From Protoeuglena noctilucae (taxonomy: Eukaryota): 64,000 bases of DNA. The position numbers were made by a program, and so were the translations under genes. The stretch is taken from contig OY253674.1 of NCBI GenBank assembly GCA_958009085.1, positions 186,001-250,000 of the forward strand, given 5' to 3'. The notes below the pieces were generated by a model. The model did not search any database. It was not told the origin of the DNA and was given only the letters and a program-made list of their open reading frames with translations. Shown piece after piece: positions 24,058 to 38,800 of this stretch (within the stretch, counting starts at the first letter, position 1; every line of letters begins with the position of its first letter).

Positions 24058-27000
24058 ATGGAGGCGGGGGAGCGCCCTGACGGGCCCGGGGAGGGGCCTG
24101 GGAGCTCCGCAGTGCGGGATGCCAGCACGGGGCCCTCGTCGGCCGGCGACGGGACTCGCCGCTCCCACAGCGGGTGCGTACCGATCATGATATATCTGGT
24201 GCGCCCTGTCGACGACGTCCGCGGGGCGCAGCGCGCGCATCGGCCGCCATGCAGGTCCGACACCCGCGCCCAGGGTGTGCGTCCCCCCGCGGCGTCCGCC
24301 GAGCCCTGCCCCGCGTCTCCGCAATCCTTCGCAGGCACTCTCGTTCCGAGAACCAGAGCCCCAGCCCATCGCACTCGGTCGTGATCCACCCGGACCCTGA
24401 CATCCCCGCCGACCCGCCCGCGCCGCGCCCCGCCAGCGCCGCGGCCGACCCCGTCCAGAGAGTGCAAGAGTCCCAGCGGCGCGTCCATGCGAGCTCGCTG
24501 ACCTCGGCGGTCGTCGCCGCCGACCCCGCACGCATCCTCCAGCCACCCGCGGCCATGCACGGACCGGACTCCACCTCTGCCCTCGGTGCGGGCCCAGCGC
24601 TGCCAGACACCGCCCGCGCCTCCGCTCCGGTCCCGCTCCGCTCCCCACATGGCGCGACATCATAGACGTGCACAGCGGTTCACACCCTGCCCCCTTTCTT
24701 GCACACAGAGGCATCGGCGGTGCAACCGGAGTTCTCACCCGGGCCCCGCGGCACGATGACCAAAGCACGTTCCAAACGATTCGTCGACTCGGTGCGGAAC
24801 GTGCTCTCCGGCGACGGGAGCGCCAACGAAGTCCCCAGGTGCAGTGCGTGGCTACTTTCCAATGCATCGGTTGTTAAGAATCCGCTACCCTACCCTGACT
24901 CATCGGGGCAGCCTGCGACGATAACCGCAAGCTCATGGCCCCAGACCTTACCCCCCGCTCCTCACGCATTGCACCCCACCCTTCGCATCCGCATGCGCAT
25001 GTGCATCCCTCGTATGCGAATGGTCACCCCGCTCAACCCACCCTTCGCAGGAAGATGGACCTCATCAACCAGGACATCCCCGAGCGTCCCGAGAAGGTCA
25101 AGGGCATGGAGAAGATCAAGTCCTTCCGAGCCATCAAGCAGGGCAAGGCGAGTGGGTGCGATGTGATGAGTATCGGGTCACACGCAACGGGCGCTGTGCG
25201 ACGTACCCGCACGTGCCACCCACCATCGCACGCAACAGCCGCGATGCCATACGCTATGCTACTCACCCCACTGCCCCAATACCCCAACCCACCGCCTCAC
25301 TGCCCCACGACCACCCCACCACCCACCCCGCCACCCCACCCCAATACCCCACCACCCCACCCGCCCCCGCAGCAGCAGCGCCCGGGTGACTACTCCTCCA
25401 CCACCTCGTCTGGCCAGGGCGTGACCCCCACGTCCCCCCAAACGCTAGAGATGGGCGACGGGGAGGCGGGGGACCCCACCCCTTGGACCCGATGGAGCAT
25501 GGCAGATCATAAGGGGCCGGCCGCAGAGACCGCGCTGCGTTGTCGCATCCGGCGCACGGCAGACATCATGTGGCAGGAGAACCCGCCGCGTGTGCTCAAG
25601 TACCGCACCAGCCACCTGCACTACTGGGGTGAGGGGCGGCACGCACAGCGCAGGGTGCGGTGCAAGGGGCCTTTGGCACGTGTCACATTTATTTGACTCG
25701 CTTGACAAGTCTGCCGGATTGTTTCACGAGTTCAAATCCTGCATTACAATCACTGTGTCTCTGCAGGGTACATCCCCGGCCTCATCCCCCGCAACCTCCG
25801 CGCCACGGTGCTCGCCAACCCCTACCTCCACATCCAGACGGCCCTGATGCTCATCTGGTGCGGGTGAGTGCCAGCGATCGCTTGTGACTGCCGGAAAGAG
25901 CGAAAGGGATGGCGACGGGCGCATCGATTGACTCGCTGAGAGCGACGGCACATTATGAGTCTATCCGGCGGCCCCGTGTTTCCCACATTTCCTATTTCAT
26001 AATAGGAAATTCCACCACCGTTACCCCACCATTACCCCGCACCTGACATTCCCACAACACCCCCGCCTGTTACACCCACAATGCCAACCACACCTACACC
26101 CCCCTTCACGCAGCATCATCCACTCGACGGGTCTGGGCATGCCCGTGGAGTACCTGCAGACGTACGTGATGCTCTTCGGGACCCAGCTCATGGGCGGCAC
26201 GTTCAACATCACGCAGATGATGATCTTCATCCTGGGCCTCTTCGTCACGCTGGTCATCAACCGCTTCTTCCAGATACGCGCGCTGTATGCCAAGATCCAC
26301 TCGGTGACGGTGGAATTGGTGATTACGGCGACGACGTTCCTCCAGCCGCCCCTCAACGGCACCGCCACGCCCCAAAAGGCGCAGATGATGAGGAGGGCCA
26401 GGGCGCAGGTGAGAGAAGTGGGGAGGGTGCGTGTGTTGCAATGGGCAGGTGATGCGCAGAGCACGTCATGTGTAGGTGCGAGGAGTGGCCGAGTGTCGCA
26501 TGCCTTGCCACCCTCTCTATACCACGCTCACCATACCCACCCTTTCTCACCCCATCCACCCCCCAGCTGGCCCGCTACCTCAACCTCGGCCACATCCTGA
26601 ACACTCACTCTCTCTGACCTCTCTCTCACTTACCCCACCCACTCCCTCCCAGCTCGCCCGCTACCTCAACCTGGGCCACATCTTGGTCGTGGTGGCCGCC
26701 GACGCCCAGTCCAAGCACTTCCCGGTCACGAGGGGTCTCAAATACGGCATCAAGGGCACGGCCGCGTGTTTGCAGAGGCCCAGCGAGGCGCAGCAGCCGA
26801 GCGTGGAGACCAGCCCCAGCGACCCGGGGAACCCCGCGTCCGGGAAGGTGAGGGAGACTCGTAAATCATAATGTTATGCTATCTATTTGATGCTGATCTG
26901 TTTTGAGAAGGCGAGGGGGTCTGTTTTATGCTTTCTATCATATGCTGATGTATGTTCGGGAAGGTGGTCGAGGGGGGATGGGTGGAGGGGCGGGGTGGTG

Positions 27001-29617
27001 GGTGGTGAGGGTGGGGATGGCAAGTGTGTGTTAACCCACTCCGGCTTAACTATGATTGTTGCCTCATGGAACCGTGTGATCGTTCCCCCGCAGTCGAGCG
27101 TGCGTGACATTGGCCTGGAGGACCTGTACAGGGAGGGGCTGGTGACACTGGAGGAGTGGGTGAGGAGATGAGGGGCGTGGTTACATGTGACAGCTTTCTG
27201 TCATGGTGGAATGGCATCTCAACAACGACCCCATTCTCGATCAACAACATGGACGACAGCCGATAATAGTACCACCGATACTAATAACACCTACCACAAC
27301 AATTCATTACCACTCCCCACCTGTGCTCCGCAGGAGATCGTGGAGCGCGGCATGGAGATCGGCCTCCCCCAGTACCTGCTCCCCTATCAGTGGAGCATGC
27401 GGCTGGTGCAGGCGTGCGCGGCCAACGAGCTGCTGCAGGGGGCGCCCCCCTCCGTCAACATGCTGCAGACCAAGCTGTCGGCGCTGGTCGAGAACTGCGC
27501 CTCCATCTTCACCGCCATCAACTCCCAGGTGACGATTGTTGGTTGGTGACTGTCAGTAATACTAGCTATGCATTACTAGTCGAGAACTGCGCGTCCATCT
27601 TCACCGCCATCTCACTCACACACCCCTCTCCACCTCACTCACACGCCCCTCTCCACCTCTCTCAACATGTCCCCGCCCCTCCGCAGCTCCCCTACCCTCT
27701 CACCCCTGTCACAGTCACCCACCCACACCTCATCCTCTCTCCCCCTTCCCACCTCTGCAGCTCCCCTACCCCTATGTGGCCCTCGTGTCCCTCTCGGCCC
27801 ACTTCTACCTCTTCCTCCTGGCGACCTGGTTTGGCGCTCTCATGTACGGCGGATTCCCAAACACGGTGTCTCGAATGACGCACGAGGAGGTGCAGCAGGT
27901 CCAGGACTACTGCGACTCCACGTGAGAGATTGTGTTTAACTGGATATACGCGATAATATATAAAATATATATATGCGAGTTATGGTGGTTGCTGTCCCCA
28001 CCTCCCATCCCCGATGCCTCCTGCCCCGCACCCTGTGCGTCACACCCACACCCACTCACACCCCATACCCCACCCGCAGCCTCCTCCCCCGCACACTCTG
28101 CGTCACGCTGATGGGACCCCCCGACTCCCGCCCCGCCGGCCCCTTTACCACCGCCTTCTGTTACATCATCCTCGCATTCACCAACCTCGTCTGTCAGGGC
28201 CTGCTCGACATCCACTCCATCACCGACAACCTCTTCGGCAACGGCCCCGCGCGCTTCCCCCTGCGTGCCCAAATCACCTCCCTCATCAACTGCACCCAAG
28301 GCATCCTGGCGGTTTCAAACACCCTTGACGGGGGGCCCCAGGCCAAGGCGGGGGGTGTGGGGGGTGCTGGGGCGGGGGTTGCGGGTGCAGCGGGGGCGGG
28401 GGCGGGGGCGGGGGCGGGGGTGGGGGCGGCGCAGGGAGGTGAGGGGGTGGGAGGTGGGGTGGGGTGGGGATTGGTGGGTCGGGCAATTTGTGGTGGCATC
28501 GACGCTTAAAATGCATACACTGCTTCCTTCTTTGTTCTCTCGTCCCCTACCCACCATTCCCGTCATCCCCCCCAGACCCCGCGTCTCGCCTCCCCGTCTC
28601 GACCCTGCAGCCGCGACTGTCGGGGAACGCCCCCAAGTCACCGTGAGTGCCGCGGTCGCTTCTGCCGCTCTTGGTTATCATGATTGATGCAACATTGCTT
28701 ATATGAACTTGATACTGACTGGTCGTCTTGTCGCATGCTGTGGCCACCCCATTCTCTTTCCCACCCCATCTACCACCCCACCCCCCGCAGCCGCTCCGAC
28801 GCCGTCCAAGCCCGCGACCGTCACTGGCAGTCGGACGCCCTCAGCGTCATCACGACCATGCCATCGGGAGAGCGCCTGTGGGTGGGGGCAGACATGGAGG
28901 CCGTGCCCCACGACGCGCCCCACCTGCACCGGCTGTCGGTGGTCAGCAAGAAGTCCGCGGAGGGGAGGGTGAGTGTTGGTTGTTGATTGTCACTTTTTGT
29001 TTGTTATAAGACACCTGCACCGGCTGTCGGTTATACAGTCAGCAAGAAGTCCGCAGAAGGGAGGGTGAGTGGCTGGTTGTTAGTGATTGTTGTAATGTTG
29101 TAATGTAATGTTATTGTGGATGCTCGTGTTAGATATGCACCTGCACCGGCTGTCGGTCGTCAGCAAGAAGTCGGCAGAAGGAAGGTGAGTTATTCAAACG
29201 CCTCTTGTGCTCTCTCGCAGCTCACTTACCGCACAGCCCCGCTCCGCAACACCTTTCGGAAGCCGCGACATGATCGGCCACATGTGCAGGTCCCTTGTGC
29301 TTCTGTATATCAACACATGTGTGAATGGAAGTACAATATTCGCTCCCCGATTCCCGCAGCGTCCGGCGGATGCCAGCGCGGGTGCGGGCGCGGGTGCGGG
29401 TGCGGGAGCGTCGACTGCCCACGGCCCAAGTTATAGCCACAGTCACCCCCACCCCCACGGCCGCGTCTCAGGCCACCCGTCCCGGCTGGGCCAGAGCAGT
29501 GTGGCAGCCGGGGCGGGGGCTACGGAGGCAGGGGCGGATGGGTGGGGCGAGGAGGATGGGGAGGGCGGCATGGGGCCTTCATCCATAACCAACGGGCTCA
29601 CCCCTGACCTGCAATAG
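24058..29617 (+). CDS. Bestrophin-family anion channel with long disordered termini
   Basis: FILGLFVTLVINRFF, LARYLNLGHIL, LYREGLVTLEEW, YLLPYQW, QLPYPYVALV and DNLFGNG occur in bestrophin (RFP-TM) order. Exons join in frame. The 5' exons are less certain. Confidence 0.78.
28921..29190 (+). repeat. Exon end plus two intronic echo copies in the bestrophin gene
   Basis: CACCTGCACCGGCTGTCGGT..AGCAAGAAGTC..GTGAGT at 28921, 29012 and 29138. Confidence 0.9.
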
Positions 29618-29887
29618 GGGGCCTGGATTTTGAAAATGCGAGTCGGTGGGTTGTTCACAAGTGTTGGTTTTGAAAACTGTGAGTCCGGGCGTCTCTCATG
29701 ATAAGTGCTCGGTTTGAACAGTGCATGAGAGGGTGTTGGGTCGGTGCGAGTTGTGCTGTGCGCGGCTGTGTCGTGAGTCGCAGTGGAGGCGGGGAGAGGG
29801 GATGGCAGAGTGACGGCGATAACAGCGATTCAAACGGAAAGGCGCCTCTGCTTATCCATCGCTTCCCTCCCACATATGCGCGTCTTG

Positions 29888-32800
29888 TCACTTCCTCGGT
29901 GCCCACATGGCGGGGGACAACGATGACTGACCAGGACTGCAAGCACCGGGTTGGAAGTACGACATCAGATGAGATGTGATGCATCACTGGACGTCGCACA
30001 ACCGTGGCATCGCAAAACACCGACATGCGAACCAGCCATGCAAGTTGCCACCCAAACACCCCAACATGCGAGTCGGTCTTTCAAATACCCCAACAACGAC
30101 CACCGCACCACGCCTTACCCGGCCCCACCGCCCCCACCGCCACTGCTGCCCCACTGAAATGCCGAGGAGCTCTGCCCCATCTGACCCATCTGCTGGAAAG
30201 CGTTGCCGCCCGAGCTGCTCTGTTTGAACGCCGCAAACCCACTCTGCGCCCCGAAGCCACCGCTGCCCTGCCCGCCAAACCCACCGCTCCCCTGACCACC
30301 AAACCCACCGCTACCCTGCGCTGCCCCAAACCCACTGCTCTGCGCCCCGTAGCCACTCCCGCCCTGCCCCTGCACTGCCGCCTGCCCAAAGCCCGACGTC
30401 GCCTGCATCCCCGGAGCCACGCCCGACCCTGGCAGTGCTGTGCCCCCAAATGCGCTCAGGTTGCCGAAAGACGGCGTCAAGGAGCCCTGCGACGCGAGAG
30501 CTGCGAAACCGGACCCGCCGCCCGCCCCCGCCTGTGCAAAGGGGCTCGCGACGGGGCTTGTTGTGGCTAGCGGGGCCTGACCTGCCGCCTGGGCCCAGTT
30601 AGGGGACCCGCCTGCCCCCGATCCCGGCATTTTGAACGCCGCGGGCTGCCCGAACCCGGCAGTCGCTGGCTGCCCGAAGCCCGGCATGGATGGCTGCCCA
30701 AAGCCGGGCGTCGCGGGTTGGCCGAACCCTGCTGTCACAGATTTGCCGGCGTTGGCGAACGCCCCGGGGGCAGCGGTGGAGGTCGCCGGCGCTCCGAAGG
30801 GCCCAGTGCCGGCACTGGTGGAGCCGAAAGCAGAGGATGTTGAAGTGGCAGTTATGGCGAAGGGGCTGGTGACAGTCGCTGCCGATGTGGCGCCAAAGCC
30901 GGTCGTAGCTGCACCGAACCCCGCAGATGAGGTGGGGGTCGCGGTAGTGCTTGATGTCGCGGGGGCACCGAACGCAGTCGTCGTGCCGAAGGGACTGGAC
31001 GTGGGCGGGGTGGTTGATGTTGATGTCGATGCAGCTGTGGTGGCGGTGGTGGTAGCACTGGTGGTGGGGGCAGTGGTGGCAGCGGCGGAGGTGGGAGTGG
31101 CTCCGAATGCAGAGGTGCTTGCAGCCGGGTTATTGGCTGCGGGTGCTGCTGCACTGCCCAGGCTCAGACCGCTGAAGCCGAAAGGGCCCGACACCGCGGG
31201 TGGCGCTGCAGAGGTGGCGGACGTCGAAGTCGCGCCCCCGGAGCTCCCCGCCCCGAACGCGAAAGCCCCTTTCGACGCCCCCGCGCCCCCCAGCGCAGTG
31301 CCAAGGCCGAATGCGCCACCGGTGCCGAACCCGGCCCCCGCCCCGCCCCCACCCGCACCCCCAGCCCCACTCCCACCCAATGAAAGGCCCCCAAAGCCTA
31401 TCTCCGCCTTTCCCGGTACCTCCACCTTCGCCTCGGCCTTATCGCTACCCGCAGACGCCCCTTGCTTACCGGTAGCGTCCCCGGCACTCGTCACGCGATT
31501 GGCCGCCTCCCCAAACGCCGCCAGTTTGGAAAGGTCCGCCGCGCCTGGCACCGGGGGCATACCCGCCCCGCGATCCTGACTGGTGGCTGCTGCCGGGCCC
31601 GCCCCTGTTGTCTTAGCCACACCCCCCGTCTCCGTAGCAGCAGTGGTGCCTGTCCCTGTCTTAGCAACGCCCAATGTCTTGGCAGTAGCAGTACTGGCAG
31701 CAGTAGCACTGGCAGTAGTAGCACTTGCAGTAGTATTACTGGCATTAGTACCGGCAGTGCCCCCAAATCCTTGGAACAGGGAGTTGAGGTTGGCGAGGTC
31801 CTTGGTGGATGCGACGGGGGGTAACGGTGAGGGTGGCTCGTGGGTGGCTGCTTTCTTGGACTGAGGGAGGGGCCTATCGGCGTCGCCTGTGTACAAGGGG
31901 GAGAGTGGGGGTATAAGTGATGGTGGGAAGGGTGGGGCGTGAGCGATGGTAGGGAGGGGTGGGGGGCGTGCGAGATGGTGGGAGGAGTGGGGATGTGAGT
32001 GATGGAGTGACGACGGATAGGGCAAGGATACTGCAAGGCAAAGCACAATGCAAGGCACAAGGAGCGTAGCAGCAGCGGCGTGAGTGCCAAGGGCGACATA
32101 AGCGAGCGATATAAGCGCGCTCACCGGTCTGTTTTTCCATTGCGTCCTTATCACCGTCGTCATTCGCCAGCTTCCCCATATCAGCAAACGTGGGGACGAG
32201 GGGCATACCACTGCCCCTAGCCTCTTTCGCCCCATCCTGCCCCGCACCACCACCCGCATCGCCCCCGCCCCTCTTCCCGCCCGCCGCCGTCGCCGTTGCC
32301 GCCTTGAACGCCCCCAGAGCCGCCAAATCCGCTGCGGTGGGCACTGGCGGGGCCGCCGCTGCCCCAGCGCCCCCCGCACCACCCTTGTTCCCCGCGGGGG
32401 CGGCAGCAGGGGCGGGAGCTTTGGAGGCAATTGGCCCGAACTGGAAAGGCGCAATCGTTGCAGGGGCCTTCACTGCAGCCGAGGTGAGGGTGAAAGCCGG
32501 AGCGACACCTGGCTCGGTGACACCCTGCTTGCCGTCTGCTTTGCGAGACGCTGCCTCGTCCGCCGCTTTACCCGCATCCCCCTTGCCGTTCCCCTGGCCA
32601 TCTGCTTTGTTCGTGATGCCGAAGTCAAAGGGTGAGCTCCCGAACAGCCCCACCGGTGTTGGTTGGGTCTTGGCGGGCGGTGGCTGTGTGGCGCCGGGCG
32701 CAGGGGACAGCGCGAAGATCTGCGAGGAAGTGAACTAGCGGGGAAAGGGATGCGGAACGAGATAACATGAGAGGGCAGCACATGAGCGGTGCATGTGCAT

Positions 32801-35800
32801 GGGGTGGGGAGGCGCAAACGCAAAGCGCTCTTTGCTGAGTGGTACGCAAACCCATCTCCATACAACCCCTCGAAACGAAACAGTAAGAACATCTCATCGC
32901 AACGTTCGCGTCTCACCGGCTCTTCCTGCGGCGTCCCCGGCGCTGCGGGCGCCTGGCCCGGCGTGGCGGGGGTGGCGGCGGAGCGGGCGGGGGGCGAGGC
33001 ATCGTGGCTGACGGAGCCTGGGGCCGGGAGGGCCTTGGCCTGCGGTGCCGCCTCGGCTCTGCGGGGAGTGGAAGGGACAGAAATGGAACTGACCCGACCG
33101 TGTTATTGGTTTAAGTTGGCACGATATCACGCACGGTGGATCTCACATCACACATCGCACATTACGCATCACCCATCAAACTTGACATCAATCATCACCC
33201 ATCCCACATCCCACATCACCCATCGCACATCAAACACTCCGCATCACCCATCCCACACCATCCATCCCGCTCCCCACCTGGCCCCATCCCCCCCCGCCCC
33301 CTCCTCCTCCTCTCCCTCTGACCTCGCCAGCAGCGGCGTGACGGGGTAATACCGGGGGCGACCACGGCCATCCACAGCCACGCGGAGCTGCGGAGGAGGC
33401 GGGGAACGACACTAGGGTGAGATGGACCGATCATTTGCGATTGATAGTAATGATGCAACCCATAAACTACATGGATGAGCATGATTCATATTCATCCATC
33501 TTATGACTGGCACAATAATGTTACATCGCGGATTCGCCCCTGCTGTGTCCCAATCACCCCCATCCCCCACACACCACCCGACCACCCAACCACCCGCACC
33601 GACACCCTCACCCCCCACCCCCGCCAACCCCCATCCCCCCCTCACCAGCGCCTTGCGGACCGTCTGCGACCCCGCCCCGCGCCACGGCGACCGAATATTC
33701 AGCGGCCCGCTCCCCAGGCCCATCCCAGCCGACCCTTCACCGGGCGTCGACACGCCACCCGGACTGCGGCTCCTGTCCCTGTCAGCCCCGTCACCCCCCA
33801 GGCCCCTCAGTCTTGTAGGTGGCGACGGCAGCGTGCTAGGCTCGCGCTCCGGCGACGCAGAGGTGGCCCGGGCGGCTGGGGTGGTGCGGGCGGGGGTGGG
33901 CGGTGCGCCGACGGCTTTGGGGGCGCGGCGGGCGTGGCGGGCATCCCTCAGGCCCCGCTGCACCCTCTCCAGCCTCTGCAAGAGCTGCGCGAGCTTGCGG
34001 GAGCCCAGGTCCCATTCCTGGGGGGAGGGGGGGGGTGTGGGGTGTGGGGCGAGGGGTGTGTTATGGGCAACGCAACGCAAGGCTTGCGCTACTTTGCTAG
34101 GGGCTAGGGTGCATGACGGGTGGGTTTCAGTTCAAGTGCAGAACTCGCCCCTGCATCTATTCATCGTTATATATCAATAGAAATCGATAGATATCAATTT
34201 TAATACGCATGCCCATGCAACTTGCCTGTGCGTCCGTCACCCCATCAGCCCCCACGCTGCGCCTGGGCCCCTCCCCCCTGCACGCCGCCACCATCTCCCG
34301 TGCTTGGGGAAGCTGCCTTTCCACCACCGCCGCCAACGCGCACACGCACCCGAGGGCGTGCTCGAGCTCTTGCTCTGCATTGGCCTCTCGGGGTGGGAGG
34401 GGCGCGGAGGGGTCGTCACCTGAGAGGGGTGGGGGTGAGGGTGGGGGTGGGGGTGAAGGAATAGGAAGTGACGGGAGTAGTTGGGAGTGCGATAAGCTAA
34501 GCGCCCCTCACCTCCCGCTCCAATCTCTTCCTGCAGCGCCTCCCTCCGCACTTCGGCCTCGGCCAGTCGGTCCCTCAGGGCATCCCGACGCCTGCGCATC
34601 TGCCGCCACCCGCGCCCCAAAGCATCGACGGCGTCCGCGGTCTCTTTGATGGCCGACCAGAGGGACTCGACACCGCTCGCCGTGGCTGCGGGGGGTGGGG
34701 GTGGGGGTAGGGGGGTGAGAGTTGATCTCTATAGTGCCGGACCAAAGGGACTTGATTCCGCTAACTGTGGCTGCGGGGGTTGGAGAACCCAGGTAGCAAG
34801 CGACCACAGCTGCAATGGCAACCATCCTGGCACCTCTGCGCAATCATATTCTGCTTGCTAACCGCAAATCCCACATGATGTTCGCACTGGCTCATCACAC
34901 ACACAGGTCTTCTGAAACGCGGTGTCTAGGAAACGTCGCTTAGCAACTGCAGTCATGCAAGTATCACACACTGGTCACTCACTGGTCTTCTCGAAAGCTG
35001 TGTCTCAGAACCGTCGCTCAGCAACCACAGTCATACAAGCATCACACACACACTGACTCACTGGTCTTCTGGAAGGCCGTGTCGACCGTCGTGGCCCCCT
35101 GCCCCGCAGACGCCAAAGTGGCGAGGATGGCCTGGCACGCGGCGGCCTGCTTCCGGACCTCGTGCATCTTCGCAAGCATGTCGGACTCGATGGGGCGCGC
35201 GGGGGACGACTCCGGGAGCTGCGGGGGCGGACGGATGAGATGACGTTACTAAAATCGGAGGCGACCATCAGAGCTGTATGATAGGATCAGGCTGGCTTTG
35301 GAAGCCAAGCGTGTGTCGGTGCACATCCATGCACATCGTGCGGCATGGTGTAGCAATGCCAGTAACTCCAAATCACAAATCACGGTACCCTAACATAACC
35401 TCAATAAAACCCCAAACCCAACACCTCACCTCCGGGCTCGGCGCCTGCACGGCGGCCGGCGGCACGGGTTCTGGCGCCACGCCCCCTCTCTTGGTGTGGA
35501 AGGACACCAGTCGCCGCGCGGCCCCCGCCGACCCGCGAACCGGCGACCCGGGAGTGCGGGCGCGGGGCGGCGAGGGCGTCGGGCCCAGGGGCGAGCCGGG
35601 GGTGGGTGCCAATGAGGGGCTCGCCAAGGACGGGCTCGCTTCGGCTTTGACCGATAGCTTGGTGGCGACCAGGTCAGCCAGCTTGTCCAAAAGGCCCCGC
35701 GATGAGAGGAGGTCGAGCAGAGCGGCGTTGTCGAGGGTTTGGAGGGCAGCGGCGGTGGCCGCGGAGGGCTGCGGGGGTTGCGGGAAGCGGGGTGATAGTG

Positions 35801-38800
35801 GGCCAAAGGTCGCAGGGCCAGCCCACGCTAATGTCGCCAGCAGCGCAAGTTGCAATGGGTGGATAGGAGAAGCAAACAGGGCGGCGCGTTCACTATTAGC
35901 AACTGCAAGACTGCATCATCCCAAACAGCGCTCCCATCTATCTCCTCTACCACTCACCTTGCTCTCCTCCCCCTCCCCATCCGCGAACAGAGGGTTGGCC
36001 TTGGCAGAGATGGGCGAGGCACCCATCCCATTGAAATCCAGAGCCCTGGCGCCCTCAGCGCCGCGCCCGGCTGCCCCGGGAGCTGCGGCGGGCATGGGCG
36101 GTGTTGCGGGGCTGTCGGGGCTGCCTTGCGCCGCGGGCTTGCCGTGACCGGGCGCGGGGGTCTGCGGGAACGTGCAGGAATCGTGTATTGTGTGTTGCAG
36201 GGATCTACAATGTAATGTACTTTGCAAAGCCTTGGACGCAGTTGAGGTGCAGCTGCGCGGGGTGACAAAGGGCGATCGACGGTCCGCGACAGGCAGGCTG
36301 GCGCTGCTGATGGTGTGTGTCTGTTTTACATGTCTGCCTGTAAGCTATGCCCTGCTGTCGACATCGCAACGATGGCGGTGCATGGCGTACTTCCATGTAC
36401 TGCAGCGATGCCACGCCAAAAGTAAAGGATAGCTTACAAGCAGCCAGTCACAGCATGTACTACCAGTGATGTGCCATTGACGGAAGTGCGCAGCTCACAG
36501 GCACCATTACAGACCGGGTCCACCACGCTGTTCACCTGTGCAAAGGCAAACGCCGGGCCGTCCGCCTGCTTCCCTCCCGCAAAGGCAAAGGCGGTCCCTT
36601 GTGCCGCAGCAGTGCTGGGAACAGGGTTGGCCCACTTGGGAGTCACGGCCGGCTGCTGCATCGCTCGGTCCGACATGGGAGGTGGGGAGGGGGCCACCCC
36701 GGGCCTGCAGGGATGAAGCACGCAACACGAATGGGGCGAGGGTGTGACGATGGCTGACACCTGGAACGTATGTGAAAAAACAGAGTCCATACTATCAGTC
36801 AGTCCATAGTCTATACATATGTATATCTATGAGTTCTTATTACGACTCACTGCTGGGGTTTCGGAAACACGGGCGCCGCGAAGGCACCAGGCTGGGACAG
36901 AGCCGGCTGCGCGTGCATCGGGGCTTGGAAGGTAGTTAGCTGGGCAGACGGAGGGGCTTGGGAGGGAAAGGCCGTGGCAGCTGCAGCTGGAGCTTGGCCC
37001 TGGGCTTCCCCCGACGGCTTTGTCGACACGCGCCCTTGCGCTTGCGTCGGCTCTCGTCCCTGCCCCTGCATCAACGCGCTCCCCTGCCCCTGTGTCGCTT
37101 CCCGTCCCTGCGCGTTCACCACCACGAATCCCTCCTCGCCCTCCTCGTGGCCCTCCTCGCGGGCTTCCCCCGGAGTTGGTTCTGACACCGTCTCTGACGC
37201 CAGATCGCTGTCGTCGTAGTCAGAGGCCCCGAACACTGCGGAGGGCGCAGAGTCAATAATGGATGATCGCTAAACGATTGCTGGACAATTTGACAAAGCC
37301 AAGCTGTCATTTGATGCGACGGAGCAGCCTCAACAGCGATAGCCACGCAAGCGTGTCTTTGTCTCACAGGCACGCACAGGCACGAGAGAGAGTAAAGCAC
37401 AAGGTGGGGTGTGTGAGAGACAGGAAGAGGGTGTATGCCTGCCTGTGAGAGACCGCATTGATCACAAACAGTCCTCAGCCCCCTTGCCTGGGATGGGGGC
37501 GGGGCGCGCGAGGGCGAGGTTGCGGGGGAGGGCGGTCATGGGGCGGGGGTCCGAGACGACGCCACCGGGCCTGGCGTAGTGGGACTTGTCGACGGAGCCG
37601 ACCGAAAAGACTCTGCGGGTTTAAGTGAGGTGAGTGGAAACATGGGACTTGTTACCAGACACCATCACCTTAGTAGCGCTCATGAGCTTGAGTGAGAAGA
37701 CAGGCGGCATGCCGACCGTAGATGGGTGGTCTGGTGAGTGCAATACACTGACTATACATCAAACCCCCATAACAAGGGCATCCAGACCACCCAAGCGCGC
37801 ACCTGAGCCGACCGTCGGACGTGGCAATGATGACGACGGGCGAGGGCGGCAGCGAAGGGCTGTCGACGGCGTCCGTCGGGTCGTAGAGCTCCTGCAGACC
37901 CGCAGGCAGCTTGCAGAGGGACACGCCGAGACCGACGACGAAGTTGTCCGCTGCAGAGAGCAAATACGAGAGCGAATGAGAGAGCTGAGCATCGTGTTAA
38001 GAGAATGTGGCCAAGCCAGCCCTAATCGTTCCAATCCGCACTTTGCATTATAGCTGCATCGAATAACGGCGATAACAAGCAACCCGGCGCGGGTCGCAAT
38101 CGCGGCGAGCGTCACCTGCATCCGATGCAGGGTCGCTCTTGTCAAAGGGGATGCGCACGTCCCTGTCCTCCACCGCCTCGACGCCGGCGAGCTTCGCGGG
38201 GAGCAGGATATTCAAGTGGTAGTCGTAGGCCCAGCGATGGGCGACGAGCGCGGCGCCGAAGCCGGGGACTGCGGGCGGGGCAGCGCAAAGGTTGCAGCGC
38301 GTGAAAACACGAACATCCGCCGGCCGCGCTGCCCGACTTAGGTGCGGGTGACATCTCTGCGGCGCAACTCACTCTTGGCAACGAGCAGGTGCTGCCCCGG
38401 CGGCTCCCGCGGGTCCGCGCTGGGCGTGGGCGACGGCCACAGGACGCCCAAATGGGCCGCCTGCGTCCTTGCCCCCAGGTCACGCCCCGAACTGCCCAGC
38501 ACCAATGCGACTCCATCCACCTGCCCGCCAGGATCCGCCTTCGCCGGCCGCTCCTCAAGCAGGAGCCTGCAAGTGCAAGAGAGGAGAGAGAGCACTCGTG
38601 TGCTACACTCATCACACCATACATGCCTGGGCTGCGCCTCGCCGACCCACTCCCCGCTCGCCTGTCGGGAGCGAGCCAAGCCAGGGACCCCACCGCGATC
38701 CCATCGGCCATCTGTGGCGCAACCACTGCCGCCTGGGCGATGCGGGTGCCCTCTTGATCCATCTTCGCCAGCACCACCCTGTCTCGCAGGGACATGGCCA

